DNA from: Collimonas sp. UBA1456
GTDB taxonomy: Bacteria; Pseudomonadota; Gammaproteobacteria; Burkholderiales; Burkholderiaceae_D
Direction of reading: 5' to 3'
DNA: 55,960 nt
Assembly: GCA_002325825.1 (NCBI GenBank)
Contig: DCSW01000102.1
Location: 1-55,960 of the forward strand
Program-made: the position numbers and the translations under genes
Notes under the pieces: model-generated
Told to the model about the DNA's origin: nothing
Databases searched by the model: none
Seen by the model: the letters and a program-made list of their open reading frames with translations, nothing else
Part shown: positions 39,281 through 51,717 of the stretch, in pieces
Position numbering within the stretch: position 1 is the stretch's first letter
How the letters are laid out: each line of letters begins with the position of its first letter

Positions 39281-42154
39281 ATGGAAAAGAATCAAGACGA
39301 AATCCGCATCCGGGGTGCACGTACGCACAACCTCAAGAACATCAATCTAGATTTGCCGCGCAATAAGCTGATCGTGATTACCGGCCCGTCCGGCTCCGGC
39401 AAGTCGTCATTGGCGTTCGACACGCTGTATGCGGAAGGCCAGCGACGCTATGTCGAGTCGCTATCGTCGTATGCACGGCAGTTTTTGCAACTGACGGAAA
39501 AGCCTGATGTCGACTTGATCGAAGGCTTGTCGCCTGCCATTTCCATCGAACAGAAAGCCACGTCGCACAATCCGCGTTCGACCGTCGGCACCGTGACCGA
39601 GATCCATGACTACCTGCGCCTACTGTATGCACGCGTCGGCACGCCGTACTGCCCTGACCATCCGGAAAAGCCGCTGGCGGCACAATCGGTATCGCAAATA
39701 GTCGATGCCGTGCTGGCGATGCCGAACGAGACCAAACTGATGATTCTGGCGCCGGTGGTGGCCAACCGCAAGAGCGAGCACGCCCATCTGTTCGAACAGA
39801 TGCAGGCGCATGGCTTCGTACGTTTCCGCATTCAGAGCGGCACCGGCACGACCAAGATTTATGAAGTCGATGACCTGCCGAAACTGAAAAAGACCGAGAA
39901 GCACAGCATCGATGTCGTCATTGATCGCCTGAAGGTCAAGGCCGACACCAAACAACGGCTAGCCGAAAGCTTTGAAACTGCACTGCGCCTGGCCGAAGGC
40001 CGGGCGATTGCACTGGAAATGGATAGTGGCACGGAACACGTGTATTCTAACAAGATGGCTTGTCCCACCTGTGGCTACTCACTGCAGGAACTGGAGCCGC
40101 GCCTGTTCTCGTTCAACAATCCGATGGGAGCTTGCCCGGAATGCGACGGCCTCGGTCATATCGAATTTTTCGATCCGAAGCGGATCGTCTCTTTCCCTAA
40201 CCTGTCACTAGCGAGCGGTGCGATCAAAGGCTGGGATCGACGCAACCAGTTCTACTTCCAGATGCTGAGCGACATCGCGACACACTACAATTTAGATATT
40301 GATATGCCGTTCGAGAAGCTGTCGGAAAAAGCCCAGCAGGCGGTGTTGTATGGTTCCGGCAAGGAAACCATCCCGTTAAGCTATATTAACGAGTACGGCC
40401 GTACCGTGATCAAGGAACACACGTTTGAAGGCGTGGTTAATAATCTGCAGAGGCGCTACCGCGAAACCGATTCAATGGCGGTCAAGGAAGAGCTGGCCAA
40501 GTTCATCAATAAGAAAGAGTGCCCGTCCTGCCACGGCGCCAGACTGCGGGTTGAGGCGCGCTTCGTCAAGATCGGCAGCGGTAAACAGGAAAGAGCCATT
40601 TACCAAGTCGCAGCGACACCGCTGCGAGAGACCTTGTCGTTCTTTGAAAAACTGAAGCTGACCGGCGCCAAAAAAGAAATCGCTGATCGCATCATCAAGG
40701 AAATCGTCTCGCGCCTGACCTTCCTCAATAATGTCGGCCTCGATTATCTGTCGCTGGAACGCAGCGCCGATACGCTCTCCGGCGGCGAAGCGCAACGTAT
40801 TCGGCTGGCGTCGCAGATCGGTTCCGGCCTGACCGGCGTCATGTATGTGCTCGACGAGCCGTCAATCGGCTTGCATCAGCGCGATAACGACCGCCTGATC
40901 AAAACCCTACGCCACCTACGCGACATCGGCAACAGCGTTCTGGTGGTCGAGCACGACGAAGATGCGATTCGCACTGCCGACTACGTGGTCGACATGGGCC
41001 TGTCCGCAGGCGTGCATGGCGGTGAAGTCATCGCCGAAGGCACGCTTGAACAGATCCTCAAGAACAAGAAATCACTGACCGCAAAATATCTGAATGGCAC
41101 CTTGAAAATTGCCGTGCCGGAACAGCGCACACCTGCCGACCCGGATCGGCAGTTCATCATCACCGGCGCCACCGGCAACAACCTGAAGAACGTCACGATG
41201 AGTCTGCCGGTCGGCTTGCTGACCTGCGTCACCGGCGTTTCCGGCTCGGGAAAATCGACCTTGGTCAACGATACGCTGTACCACGCTGCGGCACGTCATT
41301 TGTATGGCTCGCAGGCAGAACCGGCAGCGCATGAATCGATCGGCGGGCTGGAGCATTTCGACAAAGTGATTTCGGTCGACCAAGCACCTATCGGCCGCAC
41401 GCCGCGTTCCAATCCGGCCACCTACACCGGCTTATTCACGCCGATCCGCGATCTGTTTTCGACCGTGCCGATGGCCAAGGAACGGGGCTACAACGCCGGT
41501 CGTTTCTCGTTCAACGTCAAGGGTGGCCGCTGCGAAGCCTGCCGGGGTGATGGCATGATCAGGGTAGAAATGCACTTCCTACCGGATGTTTATGTGCCCT
41601 GCGATGTCTGCCACGGCAAGCGCTACAACTGCGAGACGCTGGAAGTGCGGTACAAGAACAAGAACATCACCGAAGTACTCGACATGATGGTTGAAGAAGC
41701 GTATGAATTTTTCAAGCCGGTGCCGGTCATCGCCCGCAAACTGCATACGCTGCTCGATGTCGGCCTCGGTTATATTAGCCTCGGGCAAAGTGCCACCACT
41801 TTGTCCGGCGGCGAAGCGCAGCGCGTCAAGCTGTCTCTGGAACTGTCGAAACGCGATACCGGCCGTACTCTGTACATCCTGGATGAACCGACCACCGGCT
41901 TACACTTCCACGATATCGACCTGCTACTGAAGGTAATCCATCGCCTGCGTAACCAGGGCAATACCGTGGTCATCATTGAGCACAATCTGGATGTCATCAA
42001 GACCGCCGACTGGCTGATTGATCTCGGCCCTGAAGGAGGTGCCGGCGGCGGCCGCATCATCGCCACCGGCACGCCGGAGCAGGTGGCGGCAAACACGGCC
42101 AGCATTACCGGCAAGTATCTGGGAACATTTCTGGAAAAATCCAAGAAAAAATAA
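39281..42154 (+). CDS. uvrA: Excinuclease ABC subunit A
   Basis: 957 aa; two Walker A motifs (GSGKSS, GSGKST), LSGGEAQR twice, zinc-finger cysteines. Confidence 0.98.
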   Translation: MEKNQDEIRIRGARTHNLKNINLDLPRNKLIVITGPSGSGKSSLAFDTLYAEGQRRYVESLSSYARQFLQLTEKPDVDLIEGLSPAISIEQKATSHNPRSTVGTVTEIHDYLRLLYARVGTPYCPDHPEKPLAAQSVSQIVDAVLAMPNETKLMILAPVVANRKSEHAHLFEQMQAHGFVRFRIQSGTGTTKIYEVDDLPKLKKTEKHSIDVVIDRLKVKADTKQRLAESFETALRLAEGRAIALEMDSGTEHVYSNKMACPTCGYSLQELEPRLFSFNNPMGACPECDGLGHIEFFDPKRIVSFPNLSLASGAIKGWDRRNQFYFQMLSDIATHYNLDIDMPFEKLSEKAQQAVLYGSGKETIPLSYINEYGRTVIKEHTFEGVVNNLQRRYRETDSMAVKEELAKFINKKECPSCHGARLRVEARFVKIGSGKQERAIYQVAATPLRETLSFFEKLKLTGAKKEIADRIIKEIVSRLTFLNNVGLDYLSLERSADTLSGGEAQRIRLASQIGSGLTGVMYVLDEPSIGLHQRDNDRLIKTLRHLRDIGNSVLVVEHDEDAIRTADYVVDMGLSAGVHGGEVIAEGTLEQILKNKKSLTAKYLNGTLKIAVPEQRTPADPDRQFIITGATGNNLKNVTMSLPVGLLTCVTGVSGSGKSTLVNDTLYHAAARHLYGSQAEPAAHESIGGLEHFDKVISVDQAPIGRTPRSNPATYTGLFTPIRDLFSTVPMAKERGYNAGRFSFNVKGGRCEACRGDGMIRVEMHFLPDVYVPCDVCHGKRYNCETLEVRYKNKNITEVLDMMVEEAYEFFKPVPVIARKLHTLLDVGLGYISLGQSATTLSGGEAQRVKLSLELSKRDTGRTLYILDEPTTGLHFHDIDLLLKVIHRLRNQGNTVVIIEHNLDVIKTADWLIDLGPEGGAGGGRIIATGTPEQVAANTASITGKYLGTFLEKSKKK

Positions 42155-42234
42155 ATAGGTACGCTCCCTGACCAGCCATCTCATCAGATACACCACGGCC
42201 GGGGCGCGTAACAAAGTACGATCGCGAGATAACG

Positions 42235-43014
42235 ATGTTTACCAACCCCACCCAGGCGCTGTCTACAGCTCAAATTGAAGCCTTCGCAAAAGACGGCTAT
42301 TTGATTTTGCCACGCATGATCTCCGCAGCCAATTGCGCACTGATGGCGGCCACCACCAATGCACACTTGGCGCAAGCCGTGGCGCCGCTGGAATATGAAT
42401 CAGAGGTCGGCTATGCCGGCGCACCGACATCGCTCGATAGCGTCGGCGGCCGCACCGCACGCCGCCTGCGTGATGCTTACCACCGACATGATGTATATCG
42501 CGCCTGGGCAACCAATCCGCAACTAGTAGCAATGCTGGAGTTGCTGCTGGGCGAGCGCGTCTGCCTGACTTTGTCGCACCACAATTGCGTGATGACCAAG
42601 CATCCGCAATTCGGCACCGCAACTGACTGGCACCGCGATATCCGCTACTGGTCGTTCCCGCGCAACGAATTGATTTCGGTCTGGCTAGCGCTCGACAACG
42701 AAAACGAAAACAACGGCGGCCTGCGCTTCATTCCGGGCTCGCACCGTTTCCATATCAAGCCCGAACAAATGGACCAGTTGGATTTTTTGCGGCCCGAAGT
42801 CGAAGAAAATCAAGCCTTGTTCGCGCAAGGCAAAGCGGTCACGCTACAGCAACGTGATGTGATATTTTTTCATAGCGGACTATTCCATGCGGCCGGAAGG
42901 AACAATACCGCAGCGGTCAAGAAATCGGTGGTTTTTGTCTATCACGGAGAAAGCAATCCACCGCTGCCAGGGAGTCGTTCCGCCGCGTCCAGAAACATCC
43001 TGCTGAGCCATTAA
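42235..43014 (+). CDS. Phytanoyl-CoA dioxygenase (PhyH)-family Fe(II)/2-oxoglutarate oxygenase
   Basis: WHRD (HxD), SVWLALD..NGGLRFIPGSH and distal FHAAG.N motifs. Confidence 0.88.
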   Translation: MFTNPTQALSTAQIEAFAKDGYLILPRMISAANCALMAATTNAHLAQAVAPLEYESEVGYAGAPTSLDSVGGRTARRLRDAYHRHDVYRAWATNPQLVAMLELLLGERVCLTLSHHNCVMTKHPQFGTATDWHRDIRYWSFPRNELISVWLALDNENENNGGLRFIPGSHRFHIKPEQMDQLDFLRPEVEENQALFAQGKAVTLQQRDVIFFHSGLFHAAGRNNTAAVKKSVVFVYHGESNPPLPGSRSAASRNILLSH

Positions 43015-43059
43015 TACCACTTTCCGATAGTGGCGCGCAAATAAACCCTGCGCCGTTTG

Positions 43060-44130
43060 TCAGAACTCAGGCTTGATGCAAGCGCCGGTTACACACCACC
43101 TTTTCCGACTTGCGCTTTTGCAGCACGATGACAATGCCGGTAATCGTGAACAGTAACGGCAAGAGTCACAGAAGCATAACCAATATCTTGCCCGATATTC
43201 CCAGCAATTGACAGCTATGCAAACCGAACTGAACGCCGATGAAGGCATCGCCCGGCTGAGCCCTTGAGCGGAGCCAGCGCCTGTAGCACATGGCCATCGC
43301 AGGCATCGACGAATACCCACACGCTGCCGCTGTCTTGTAAATCATTTGGTTTGCGCAGATGGATTTGATAGAGGCAGTATTTGTCGTCACGCGCGACGCG
43401 CCCCGGCGTCACTTGCGGCATGCTAGCTTGGGCAGAGTCCAAGGACCTACTGCCAGTCGATGCAAGTGTCTCCCGAGTTGATCGAAAATTTGGGCGGCGT
43501 CAGCGGCGAGATACTCAACAACATCGGCCTCGCCACGTCCTACAAATTCATCACGGCGCCGGTGAACGTAGTAATCATCAGCAGCACACCCCACCACCAA
43601 TCCAACCGAGCCGTGCAGATCATACACCAGGCGAAACCCGCCGGGGACACGCCAGAGCAACGGCGATCAGCAACATCACCAGCGCCGCAGCAGGCTAAAG
43701 CTGCCGGAAACGATAGCGACGGTCTTATCCAGCAACAGGTAGCGATGTAGCCGGAAGAGGGAAGGCATCAGGTTTAGCGGCGCCAGGCTGAATGCCTTGG
43801 AATTACACTCGCCGATCATCACGGCGTTGAACGGATCGATAAAGACCATATTCGCAGTCAGCACATCCTCCGCTTTTTTGGGACCTAGCCGGGCTTGCAG
43901 CGGTGCATTGAGATCAGCATCGATAGTGAAGAGTGCCAGGCACGCATGGGGGATAATGATGTTCGATCACACCGACCAGTTGATCAAGCGGCAAACGCTC
44001 ACCGCTTGCCGCTTGTCGCAACATGATAGAACTGCGGATTCAACCAGGCATCAATTTCATCGTTGAGAGCCAGTGCGCGGCCGATCATGACGATAAATAA
44101 CGAGAGCAGCAAGCTGCTGTAACGGTGCGA
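43060..44130 (-). pseudogene. PepSY-associated TM-helix protein
   Basis: VFIDPF..LMPSLFRLHRYLLL, YDLHGSVG, VWVFVD and FGLHS fragments; boundaries approximate. Confidence 0.7.
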
Positions 44131-44269
44131 CTTGACCAACTAATAGCGTATTATTTTTTCACAATTTCACATATATCTGACAAAAAATGGGCATTCTTCC
44201 ATGATTTTTTTTACAATAAATATACAGTGAACATACAACGCTTAATTAGTCAACAGATCACACGCCGTC

Positions 44270-44984
44270 AAGCTACACCTGCAACAAGCGCCCCTCCGCT
44301 CTGAAAAGGATTTCCGCTGCGCTATGCAAGATCACCACACCGCGCGCCCGCCTGCAGTATCGTCTTCGCGGCGTCGTATCGATGCCGCTGCGGCTATAGC
44401 AGCACCGCGGTGACCTCGGTGCCAAGGTCAGGCAAACCCAGCCATCCAAGTGTCTCGCCGATGACCTTCACGTCTTCCGGCAACGCCACCGTATGCAAAC
44501 GCACCCGCAAATGGTCGGCCGCATCCGGCGCATCATCGACTTAGCGGAAAACCCGCGCAGCGCCGCATAACGTTCGTCGCATGAGTCCTGCACCCGATGC
44601 ACCACCCGTCGTAGCAGCACGCTCAGCATGAGCAGCGCATGCGAGTGGCGCCGCACCACGATCTGGAGCCAGCGGCGCATCAGCCTCTGGCCGATAAACA
44701 ACAAAAAGGACCAGCATCAGCGTCAACACCCAGCCGAATAACATGGTTGAATGCAATCGTCAGCAGCATTTGCGCCATACCCAGACTGAAAACGATGTGG
44801 CGTATCGCCGGCAGTTCGAACAAAGAAAATTTCAGACCAATCGAGAACATCAGAAACACCACTCCGAACTCGGCCAGCGCATGGGTTGTGACATTGTCGT
44901 CGGCAAATGAAAACTGTAAAAGGCCACTACACCGAGTACCGCGGAGCCCAGCGAAAGGATGGTCAATCCTAATCCGGAAAGCAT
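44270..44984 (-). pseudogene. CPA2/Kef-family cation:proton antiporter
   Basis: MLSGLGLTILSLGSAVLGVVAF.., LAEFGVVFLMFSIGLKFSL, ERYAALRGF; canonical position divergent from kdsD; heavily deleted. Confidence 0.8.
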
Positions 44985-45111
44985 CATTAATAAATTAACA
45001 TAAAACAATGTTTGTTTCTGAAAGGTTAACGCTGTGCAGTGAAGGCAGGTTAATTGTTTCCGATGGTGACTAGCAAGTTTTTTGCTTTCGAAATTCGTTT
45101 ATACTCTACCA

Positions 45112-46143
45112 ATGAGTTTGACTGACACCAAAATTTTCCCAGAAGCCATGCCCGCAACGTTCGATCCCGGCCGTGCTTTGGCACTTGCCCGCAATACTCT
45201 GCAAATTGAAGCAGATGCCATCATTGCACTGAAAAACCGGATTTCCGACGACGCTGGCGATCCATTCGCCCAAGCCGTATCGCTGTTGCTTACCTGCAGC
45301 GGCCGGGTGATCGTGTCGGGCATCGGTAAGTCTGGACATATCGCCCGCAAGTTCGCCGCCACGCTTGCCTCCACAGGCACGCCGGCGCTGTTTATCCATC
45401 CGGCCGAAGCCGCACATGGCGATCTCGGCATGGTGACCGAAGACGATGCCTTCATTGCCATTTCCAATTCCGGCGAAACCGCAGAGCTGATGGCGGTTGT
45501 GCCGATCATCAAGCGCATGGGCGCCAGCTTGATCGCGATGACCGGCAACGATGCATCAGCGCTGGCGCAACTCACCACCGTCCATCTCAATGTTGGCGTC
45601 GAGCAAGAAGCATGCCCACTGAACTTAGCGCCAACTGCAAGCACTACCGTCACGCTAGCGATGGGCGATGCGCTGGCGGTGGCGCTGCTGGATGCGCGCG
45701 GCTTTCGCGAAGATGATTTTGCCCGCTCGCATCCCGGCGGCGCACTCGGCCGCAGGCTGTTGACCCACGTGCGCGATGTGATGCGCAACGGCGAAGCCAT
45801 TCCCGCCGTGACGGCGAATGTATCGCTCGCCACCGCGCTGCTAGAGATCAGCCACAAGGGGATCGCCATGACCGCCGTGGTCGATGACCAATTCTATGCT
45901 ATCGGCGTGTTCACCGATGGCGACCTACGCCGTCTGATCGAACAGATCCAGGATTTTACCAAATTGACGATTGCCGATGTCATGAACGCCAATCCGCGAA
46001 CCATCGGTGCGGATCAACTGGCGGTCGACGCGGTGCACATGATGGAGCAGTACCGCATCAACCAACTGCTGGTGACGGATACCGACGGCAAGCTGGTCGG
46101 CGCCTTGCATATCCACGACCTGACGCGCGCCAAGGTCATCTGA
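45112..46143 (+). CDS. kdsD: Arabinose-5-phosphate isomerase (SIS plus CBS domains)
   Basis: GIGKSGHI, HGDLG, LAPTAST and HPGGALG motifs. Confidence 0.96.
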   Translation: MSLTDTKIFPEAMPATFDPGRALALARNTLQIEADAIIALKNRISDDAGDPFAQAVSLLLTCSGRVIVSGIGKSGHIARKFAATLASTGTPALFIHPAEAAHGDLGMVTEDDAFIAISNSGETAELMAVVPIIKRMGASLIAMTGNDASALAQLTTVHLNVGVEQEACPLNLAPTASTTVTLAMGDALAVALLDARGFREDDFARSHPGGALGRRLLTHVRDVMRNGEAIPAVTANVSLATALLEISHKGIAMTAVVDDQFYAIGVFTDGDLRRLIEQIQDFTKLTIADVMNANPRTIGADQLAVDAVHMMEQYRINQLLVTDTDGKLVGALHIHDLTRAKVI

Positions 46144-46745
46144 TGGCGGCCAGCATTTCATCCAACAGTGCGTCAGCCGATCCTCTCCCGCTTGAGGCAG
46201 AACTGATGGCGCGCGCCGCACGTGTGCAGCTTATGGTTTTCGACGTCGATGGCATCCTGACCGACGGCGGCCTGCTATACGGCGCCGATGGCGAGCAACT
46301 AAAGCGCTTCAACGCGCTCGATGGCCACGGTATCAAGCAGTTGCAGCAAAGCGGCGTAGCCACCGCGATCATCAGTGCCCACAAATCGTCGATCGTCAGC
46401 AAGCGCGCCACCGATCTTGGCATCGTGTTTGTCCAGCAAGGCGTGCATGATAAGCACTCTGCATTTATCAAATTGCTAGCGCAACTCGGCCTCGCTGCCG
46501 ATATCTGCGGCTTCATCGGCGATGATGTGATTGACCTGCCGATCCTGTCCCAGGTCGGCTTTGCGGTGAGCGTGCCGAACGGCCATCGCGAAGTTCAGGC
46601 GCGCGTCCACTACGTCACGCAAGCCGGCGGCGGCCACGGTGCTGCACGTGAAGTGTGCGATCTGATCATGCAAGCAAAGAACACCTATGAAGCAGCGCTG
46701 GCGGGCTATCTGCGCCCCACTCCACAAGGCGTGGCCCCAGCATGA
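46143..46745 (+). CDS. kdsC: KDO-8-phosphate phosphatase
   Basis: FDVDGILTDG, GDDVID and GHGAARE motifs. Confidence 0.95.
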   Translation: MAASISSNSASADPLPLEAELMARAARVQLMVFDVDGILTDGGLLYGADGEQLKRFNALDGHGIKQLQQSGVATAIISAHKSSIVSKRATDLGIVFVQQGVHDKHSAFIKLLAQLGLAADICGFIGDDVIDLPILSQVGFAVSVPNGHREVQARVHYVTQAGGGHGAAREVCDLIMQAKNTYEAALAGYLRPTPQGVAPA

Positions 46746-47335
46746 AAAATCTCCGCTCCACCTATCGTTTCCGCTTCATGCTGCTGCTGGCTCTGTGCGT
46801 GATACTCGCGCTGGGCAGCTTCTGGCTGGTGCAGATAATGAACAAGGATACCAATGAACTGTTGCCGAAACCGGCACGAGTGGAACCTGATTATTACGTA
46901 GAACATTTCAACTACGTGCAGATGTTGCCTACCGGGGAGCCGCGCTACAACATATCTGGCGATCTGCTGATGCACAATCCGCTCGATGATTCATTTGATA
47001 TCCAGAAGCCGATCGTGCACAGCCTGGACAAGGAAAAACCGCCGACGAATCTGCATGCCGACTACGGCAAAGTTGAAGATGACAACAGCAAGGTGCACCT
47101 GTACGGCAACGTCAACGCCGACCGGCCGAAAACCACAATGGTAAAAAATTTCCACCTCACAGCAGAATACCTGTTGCTGCTACCGGACGACGATGTAATG
47201 CAAACCGATCTGCCGGTAGAAATCACGCTGGGACAATCGGTATTGAACGGCACCGGCATGTCTTTCAACAATTCCACGCGCATACTGGAAATGTTCAGCA
47301 AGGTGCACGGCATCTTTCCACCGAAACCGCCTTAA
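46742..47335 (+). CDS. lptC: LPS export protein LptC
   Basis: N-terminal TM helix, EPDYYV motif, operon position. Confidence 0.9.
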   Translation: MKNLRSTYRFRFMLLLALCVILALGSFWLVQIMNKDTNELLPKPARVEPDYYVEHFNYVQMLPTGEPRYNISGDLLMHNPLDDSFDIQKPIVHSLDKEKPPTNLHADYGKVEDDNSKVHLYGNVNADRPKTTMVKNFHLTAEYLLLLPDDDVMQTDLPVEITLGQSVLNGTGMSFNNSTRILEMFSKVHGIFPPKPP

Positions 47336-47388
47336 GCGCAAGCCACACAATTGATCTATACGACTTCATTCTTTATTCTGGATTTCTC

Positions 47389-47931
47389 ATGAAACGACTA
47401 TTTTTTATTTATCTGTTGTTGCTCAGCGCCATAGGCATCGCCCATGCGGAAAAGGCAGACTCAGAAAAACCGACGCTGATTGATTCAAACCAATTCACCT
47501 ATGACGACGTCAAACAAGTCAACGTTGCCACCGGCAATGTGGTGCTGACACGCGGCACGATATTGATGAAGGCCGACCGCGTGGTAGTGACGACCAATCC
47601 ATCCGGCTACCAATACGTAATCTTATACGCCGATCCAGGAAAGCTCGTCACGTTCCGACAAAAGCGCGACGGCGGCCCCAACCTGTGGATCGATGGTCAT
47701 GCCGAACGTATCGAATACGATAGCAAGACTGAAATAACCAAGTTGTTTTCCAAGGCGCAGATGCGCCGCCTGCAAAACGACAAACCTACCGACGAAGTCA
47801 ACGGCGAATTTATCTCCTATGACAGCCGCAGCGAATTCTATTCCGTCCACAATACCGTCAACGGCAATAGCCAGCCCGGCGCCGGTCGCATCCGTGCAGT
47901 GATCCAGCCACGTCCGAAAGCTTCCCAATGA
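47389..47931 (+). CDS. lptA: LPS transport periplasmic protein LptA
   Basis: [26 protein letters not shown]. Confidence 0.93.
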   Translation: MKRLFFIYLLLLSAIGIAHAEKADSEKPTLIDSNQFTYDDVKQVNVATGNVVLTRGTILMKADRVVVTTNPSGYQYVILYADPGKLVTFRQKRDGGPNLWIDGHAERIEYDSKTEITKLFSKAQMRRLQNDKPTDEVNGEFISYDSRSEFYSVHNTVNGNSQPGAGRIRAVIQPRPKASQ

Positions 47932-48695
47932 ACACCACACTGAGCCATCCCAGCACCCCTGGTAATCTGATCGTCAAAGGTTTGCAGAAGAGCTACGGTG
48001 CGCTCCAGGTGGCGCTTGACGTTTCGCTCAACGTCAAGTGTGGCGAAGTGGTTGGTCTGCTTGGGCCGAACGGCGCTGGTAAAACCACATCGTTCTATAT
48101 GATAGTCGGTCTGGTGCCATCCGACGGCGGAGAGATCGATCTCGATGGCGTCGACATATCGCGCCTACCGATCCATCGCCGCGCCGCGCTCGGTTTGTCT
48201 TACCTACCGCAGGAAGCATCGATATTCCGTAAACTGACGGTAGAAGACAATATCCGCGCCGTGCTGGAACTGCAGCAACCCAACGGCAAACCGCTCACCA
48301 GAACCGAGATCGATGAGCAGCTGGGAAAACTGCTGCACGAATTGCAGATTGAAAAACTACGCGAAAACCAGTCACTGTCGCTGTCCGGCGGCGAACGTCG
48401 GCGCGTCGAGATTGCCCGCGCGCTAGCGACCAATCCACGTTTCGTGCTGCTCGACGAGCCTTTCGCCGGGATCGATCCGATCGCCGTCATTGAGATCCAG
48501 CGCATTGTGTGTTTCTTGAAAGAGCGCGGCATCGGCGTGCTCATCACCGATCACAATGTGCGCGAGACGCTTGGCATCTGCGACCGCGCCTACATCATTA
48601 ACCAGGGCCGCGTGCTGGCCAGCGGCAGTCCGGACGACATCATCACCAACGAATTGGTGCGACGCGTCTATCTGGGAGAACATTTCCGCATGTAG
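47928..48695 (+). CDS. lptB: LPS export ABC ATPase LptB
   Basis: [26 protein letters not shown] and VYLGEHF motifs. Confidence 0.96.
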   Translation: MNTTLSHPSTPGNLIVKGLQKSYGALQVALDVSLNVKCGEVVGLLGPNGAGKTTSFYMIVGLVPSDGGEIDLDGVDISRLPIHRRAALGLSYLPQEASIFRKLTVEDNIRAVLELQQPNGKPLTRTEIDEQLGKLLHELQIEKLRENQSLSLSGGERRRVEIARALATNPRFVLLDEPFAGIDPIAVIEIQRIVCFLKERGIGVLITDHNVRETLGICDRAYIINQGRVLASGSPDDIITNELVRRVYLGEHFRM

Positions 48696-48875
48696 AGCCA
48701 CTGGCGACAGCGTTATCGTGCCGTACTGCGGCACAACTTAAATTCTGCCGGTTATTTTTTTAAATACATTATCCGTTGTCCGATGAGTTGCGGACAGATT
48801 GACGTGCTGTATCGTTGCCGCCGCCCAGTTCACTCCCGCAGTTAAGAATAAAAGTGAATTGTTCGCAGAGAAGCC

Positions 48876-50361
48876 ATGAAACAATCACTCCGGTTACGCA
48901 CCTCGCAGCATCTTGCCTCGACGCCTCAATTGCAGCAGTCGATCCGGCTATTACAATTGTTCACGCTCGAACTGCATCAGGAACTGGAACAGACTCTCTC
49001 GTATAACCCGCTACTGGAACGGGTCGACGACCCGCTCGACAATTCTGTGCGTTTGCTGGTCGACGGCGCCATCAGCGGCACCACCCCGATCATGAATGCG
49101 CTAGTCGATGACAATGAAGTCAGCAGCTACTCGGCCGAAGTCGAAGCAGCCTTCGAGCCTCCTGCGGCTAACGACAACACGCCGGAAAACAGTGAAGGCG
49201 AATGGATTTTCGAAGACGTCTCCCGCACCCCAAAATTGCCGACTATGAAGACACACGGCCTCAGCTGGAAGCGAACGAATCGACGTTACACAAGCACCTG
49301 TTGCAGCGATGAGCGAAACCCTCAAGGACCCTGTACAACCGCGCGCTGGTCGAACTGGCGATCGATGAGCTTGACGACAACGGCTATCTGGAAGAGGTGC
49401 TTGAGGAAATCCGTGTACGCCTCTGCCCGCCGAGCTAGAAATCGAAATTGAAGAACTATCGATCGCATTGGGCATTGTGCAAAGCTTCGATTTTGCCGGA
49501 GTCGGTACACGCAACGTGTCAGAATGCCTGACCTTGCAAATCAATCGTTTTATCAAAATACCATTTGTCACGCGTCGTCTGGCATTGGCGATTGTGCAAG
49601 ATCATCTGATGCTGTTTTCGTAATGCGATTTCAATAAGACCAGGAAAGCGTTCGATTGCGATAACGAGGATCTGCGCGATGCTCAAACCATCATCAGGCA
49701 ATGCAATGCGCACCCGGGCGCACCGTTCGCCGCCAACACCTCCGACTACGTGGTGCCGGAAATCATCGTCAGATCCTCAAAGCAATTTTGGCAGGTCATT
49801 CTGAACAATGACGTCATGCCAAGACTACGCGCAAATACACTGTATGCGAATATTTTGCGGCACTGTAAAGGCGAAGGCACGCTGACTTCGTAGCTGCAAA
49901 AAGCAAAGTGACTGATTAAGAATATGCGCCAGCGTTTCGACCCGATTTTGCGGGTGGCGCAAGCCATCACCGAGCGTCAACGGAACTTCTTTTAACACGG
50001 CACGGGCTCAATGAAGCCGCTTGTGTTACGTGAAATAGCTGATACACTGGACCTCCACGAAAGCACTATTTCTCGTGTAACCACTCAGAAATACATGCTC
50101 ACTCCACACGGAATGTTTGAACTGAAGTATTTCTTCGGCAGCCACGTTGCCACTGAGGCAGGTGGAGAGGCTTCCTCAACAGCGATACGGGCACTCATTA
50201 AACAACTGATAGGAGCAGAAGATTCCAAAAATACTTTTTCTTAAAGCAAGATTGCCGCCAACATACTCGCGGAACAAGGTATGGTGGTCGCTCGCCGCAC
50301 CATCGCAAAATATCGCGAAGCACTAAAAATTCCGCGCGTTAATTTACGCAAAGCCTTGTAG
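48876..50361 (+). pseudogene. rpoN: RNA polymerase sigma-54 factor
   Basis: [24 protein letters not shown] and RpoN box [10 protein letters not shown] are present but split by frameshifts and several stops. Confidence 0.93.
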
Positions 50362-50506
50362 TTTGATTGTAGAATTTATCCTTGCTGTGTTCAGATCAGG
50401 TTGGTTTTACCGATTCTTGCCAGAGCCATCCGCTTTTGATTGCTCGCCTAAAGATTCAACGCAACCTGTTCGGAATCACCAACAATACTCTTCATAGGAG
50501 CGCTGT

Positions 50507-50857
50507 ATGAACTGCACCATCAGTGGGCATCACCTCGAATTAACCCCAGCCATTCACGAATACGTACAAAGCAAGCTAGAGCGTATCAAACACCACTTCG
50601 ACCAGGTCATCGATATCAACGTAATCCTGACCGTCGACAAAATGACTAAAAAAGAAAAGCGCCAAAAAGCGGAAATCAATCTGCATGTAAAAGGGAAAGA
50701 GCTGCATGCCGAAAGCATCTCTCACGATCTGTATGCTGCCATTGATGCGGTGATAGACAAGCTTGATCGCCAGCTAATCAAATACAAAGATAAGATGCAG
50801 GATCACCAACACGACGCCATCAAGCATCTTCCAGAAGAGTTTCCGGCCGCAACCTGA
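50507..50857 (+). CDS. hpf: Ribosome hibernation promoting factor
   Basis: ISGHHLELTPA..DLYAAID..KLDRQ; follows rpoN. Confidence 0.93.
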   Translation: MNCTISGHHLELTPAIHEYVQSKLERIKHHFDQVIDINVILTVDKMTKKEKRQKAEINLHVKGKELHAESISHDLYAAIDAVIDKLDRQLIKYKDKMQDHQHDAIKHLPEEFPAAT

Positions 50858-50936
50858 ACCGGGCGTCAATCGAACCCTGGCACACGAGCCACATAGCTCG
50901 CACCCTGCAAGCAGCGGCAAACCGCCAATGCGCTGA

Positions 50937-51616
50937 TTATTTCAGCGCGCCGAACACCTTACCGATGATCGCGCTACCGGCACCTACTGAGTCCTTGTGA
51001 ATCGCCGTATCTTCGTCACCAATGATGGTGTACAAGCCACCCAGCGCACATTGCGTAACATAGCCTTCAACCGTACTTTGCTGGGCCGGCACCATGCTGC
51101 TCTTGCCGAGCTGTCCCATGATCGGGTTATATTGTGCTGACAATCCGTTACGATCGGTCACGCCCTTGACGATGGGCAGTCATTTCTGGCCCAGTTCAAC
51201 CGATGTTTTCTGCCTAAAAAAATCTGTCATCGACGTATCGCCGCCTCTCAGAATATTTTTTGCATCGGTTATCGACATCGATTTAATGGCATTCATCAAC
51301 AGAAGTTTAGCTAGCGGCATGGCAGCTTCGTTCATCGATACCACCAACTCATCCAGTTGCTGGCCCTTGCTGGTCATTTTCAATATTGGCAGCGACTTAT
51401 CAAGCACGCCCGGCAAAGCGATTTTTCCTTTGTCGTTATTCAGAAAGCCGTTTCCACGCCAAACTTTGACACTGCCACATCGGAACCTTTCTGCAAAACG
51501 ACTTTCAGGTCGCTGCTGGCATCCTAGTTGCTGAAGTCACTCAACGACAAAGCTAGTGCAGAAAATGCCGACACGGCGATGGTCAATGTCAATGCTGTTT
51601 GATATACGCGACGCAT
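50937..51616 (-). pseudogene. DUF4197-family protein
   Basis: AIKSMSITDAKNILRGGDTS..FF and KVFGALK; contains a stop and frameshifts. Confidence 0.85.
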
Positions 51617-51717
51617 CGTTGATCCTTGATAAAGTTAGGTAGGTAATAACCATGCTTAACTCAATATATTGCTTAAAATTTAACTAAACATAATTAACTT
51701 TGTTACATCTTGTCAAT

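Noticed and set aside
44212-44229. Possible LexA/SOS box (..AAATATACAG)
   Set aside because: Only one half-site is present, and I found no CTG-N10-CAG box upstream of uvrA
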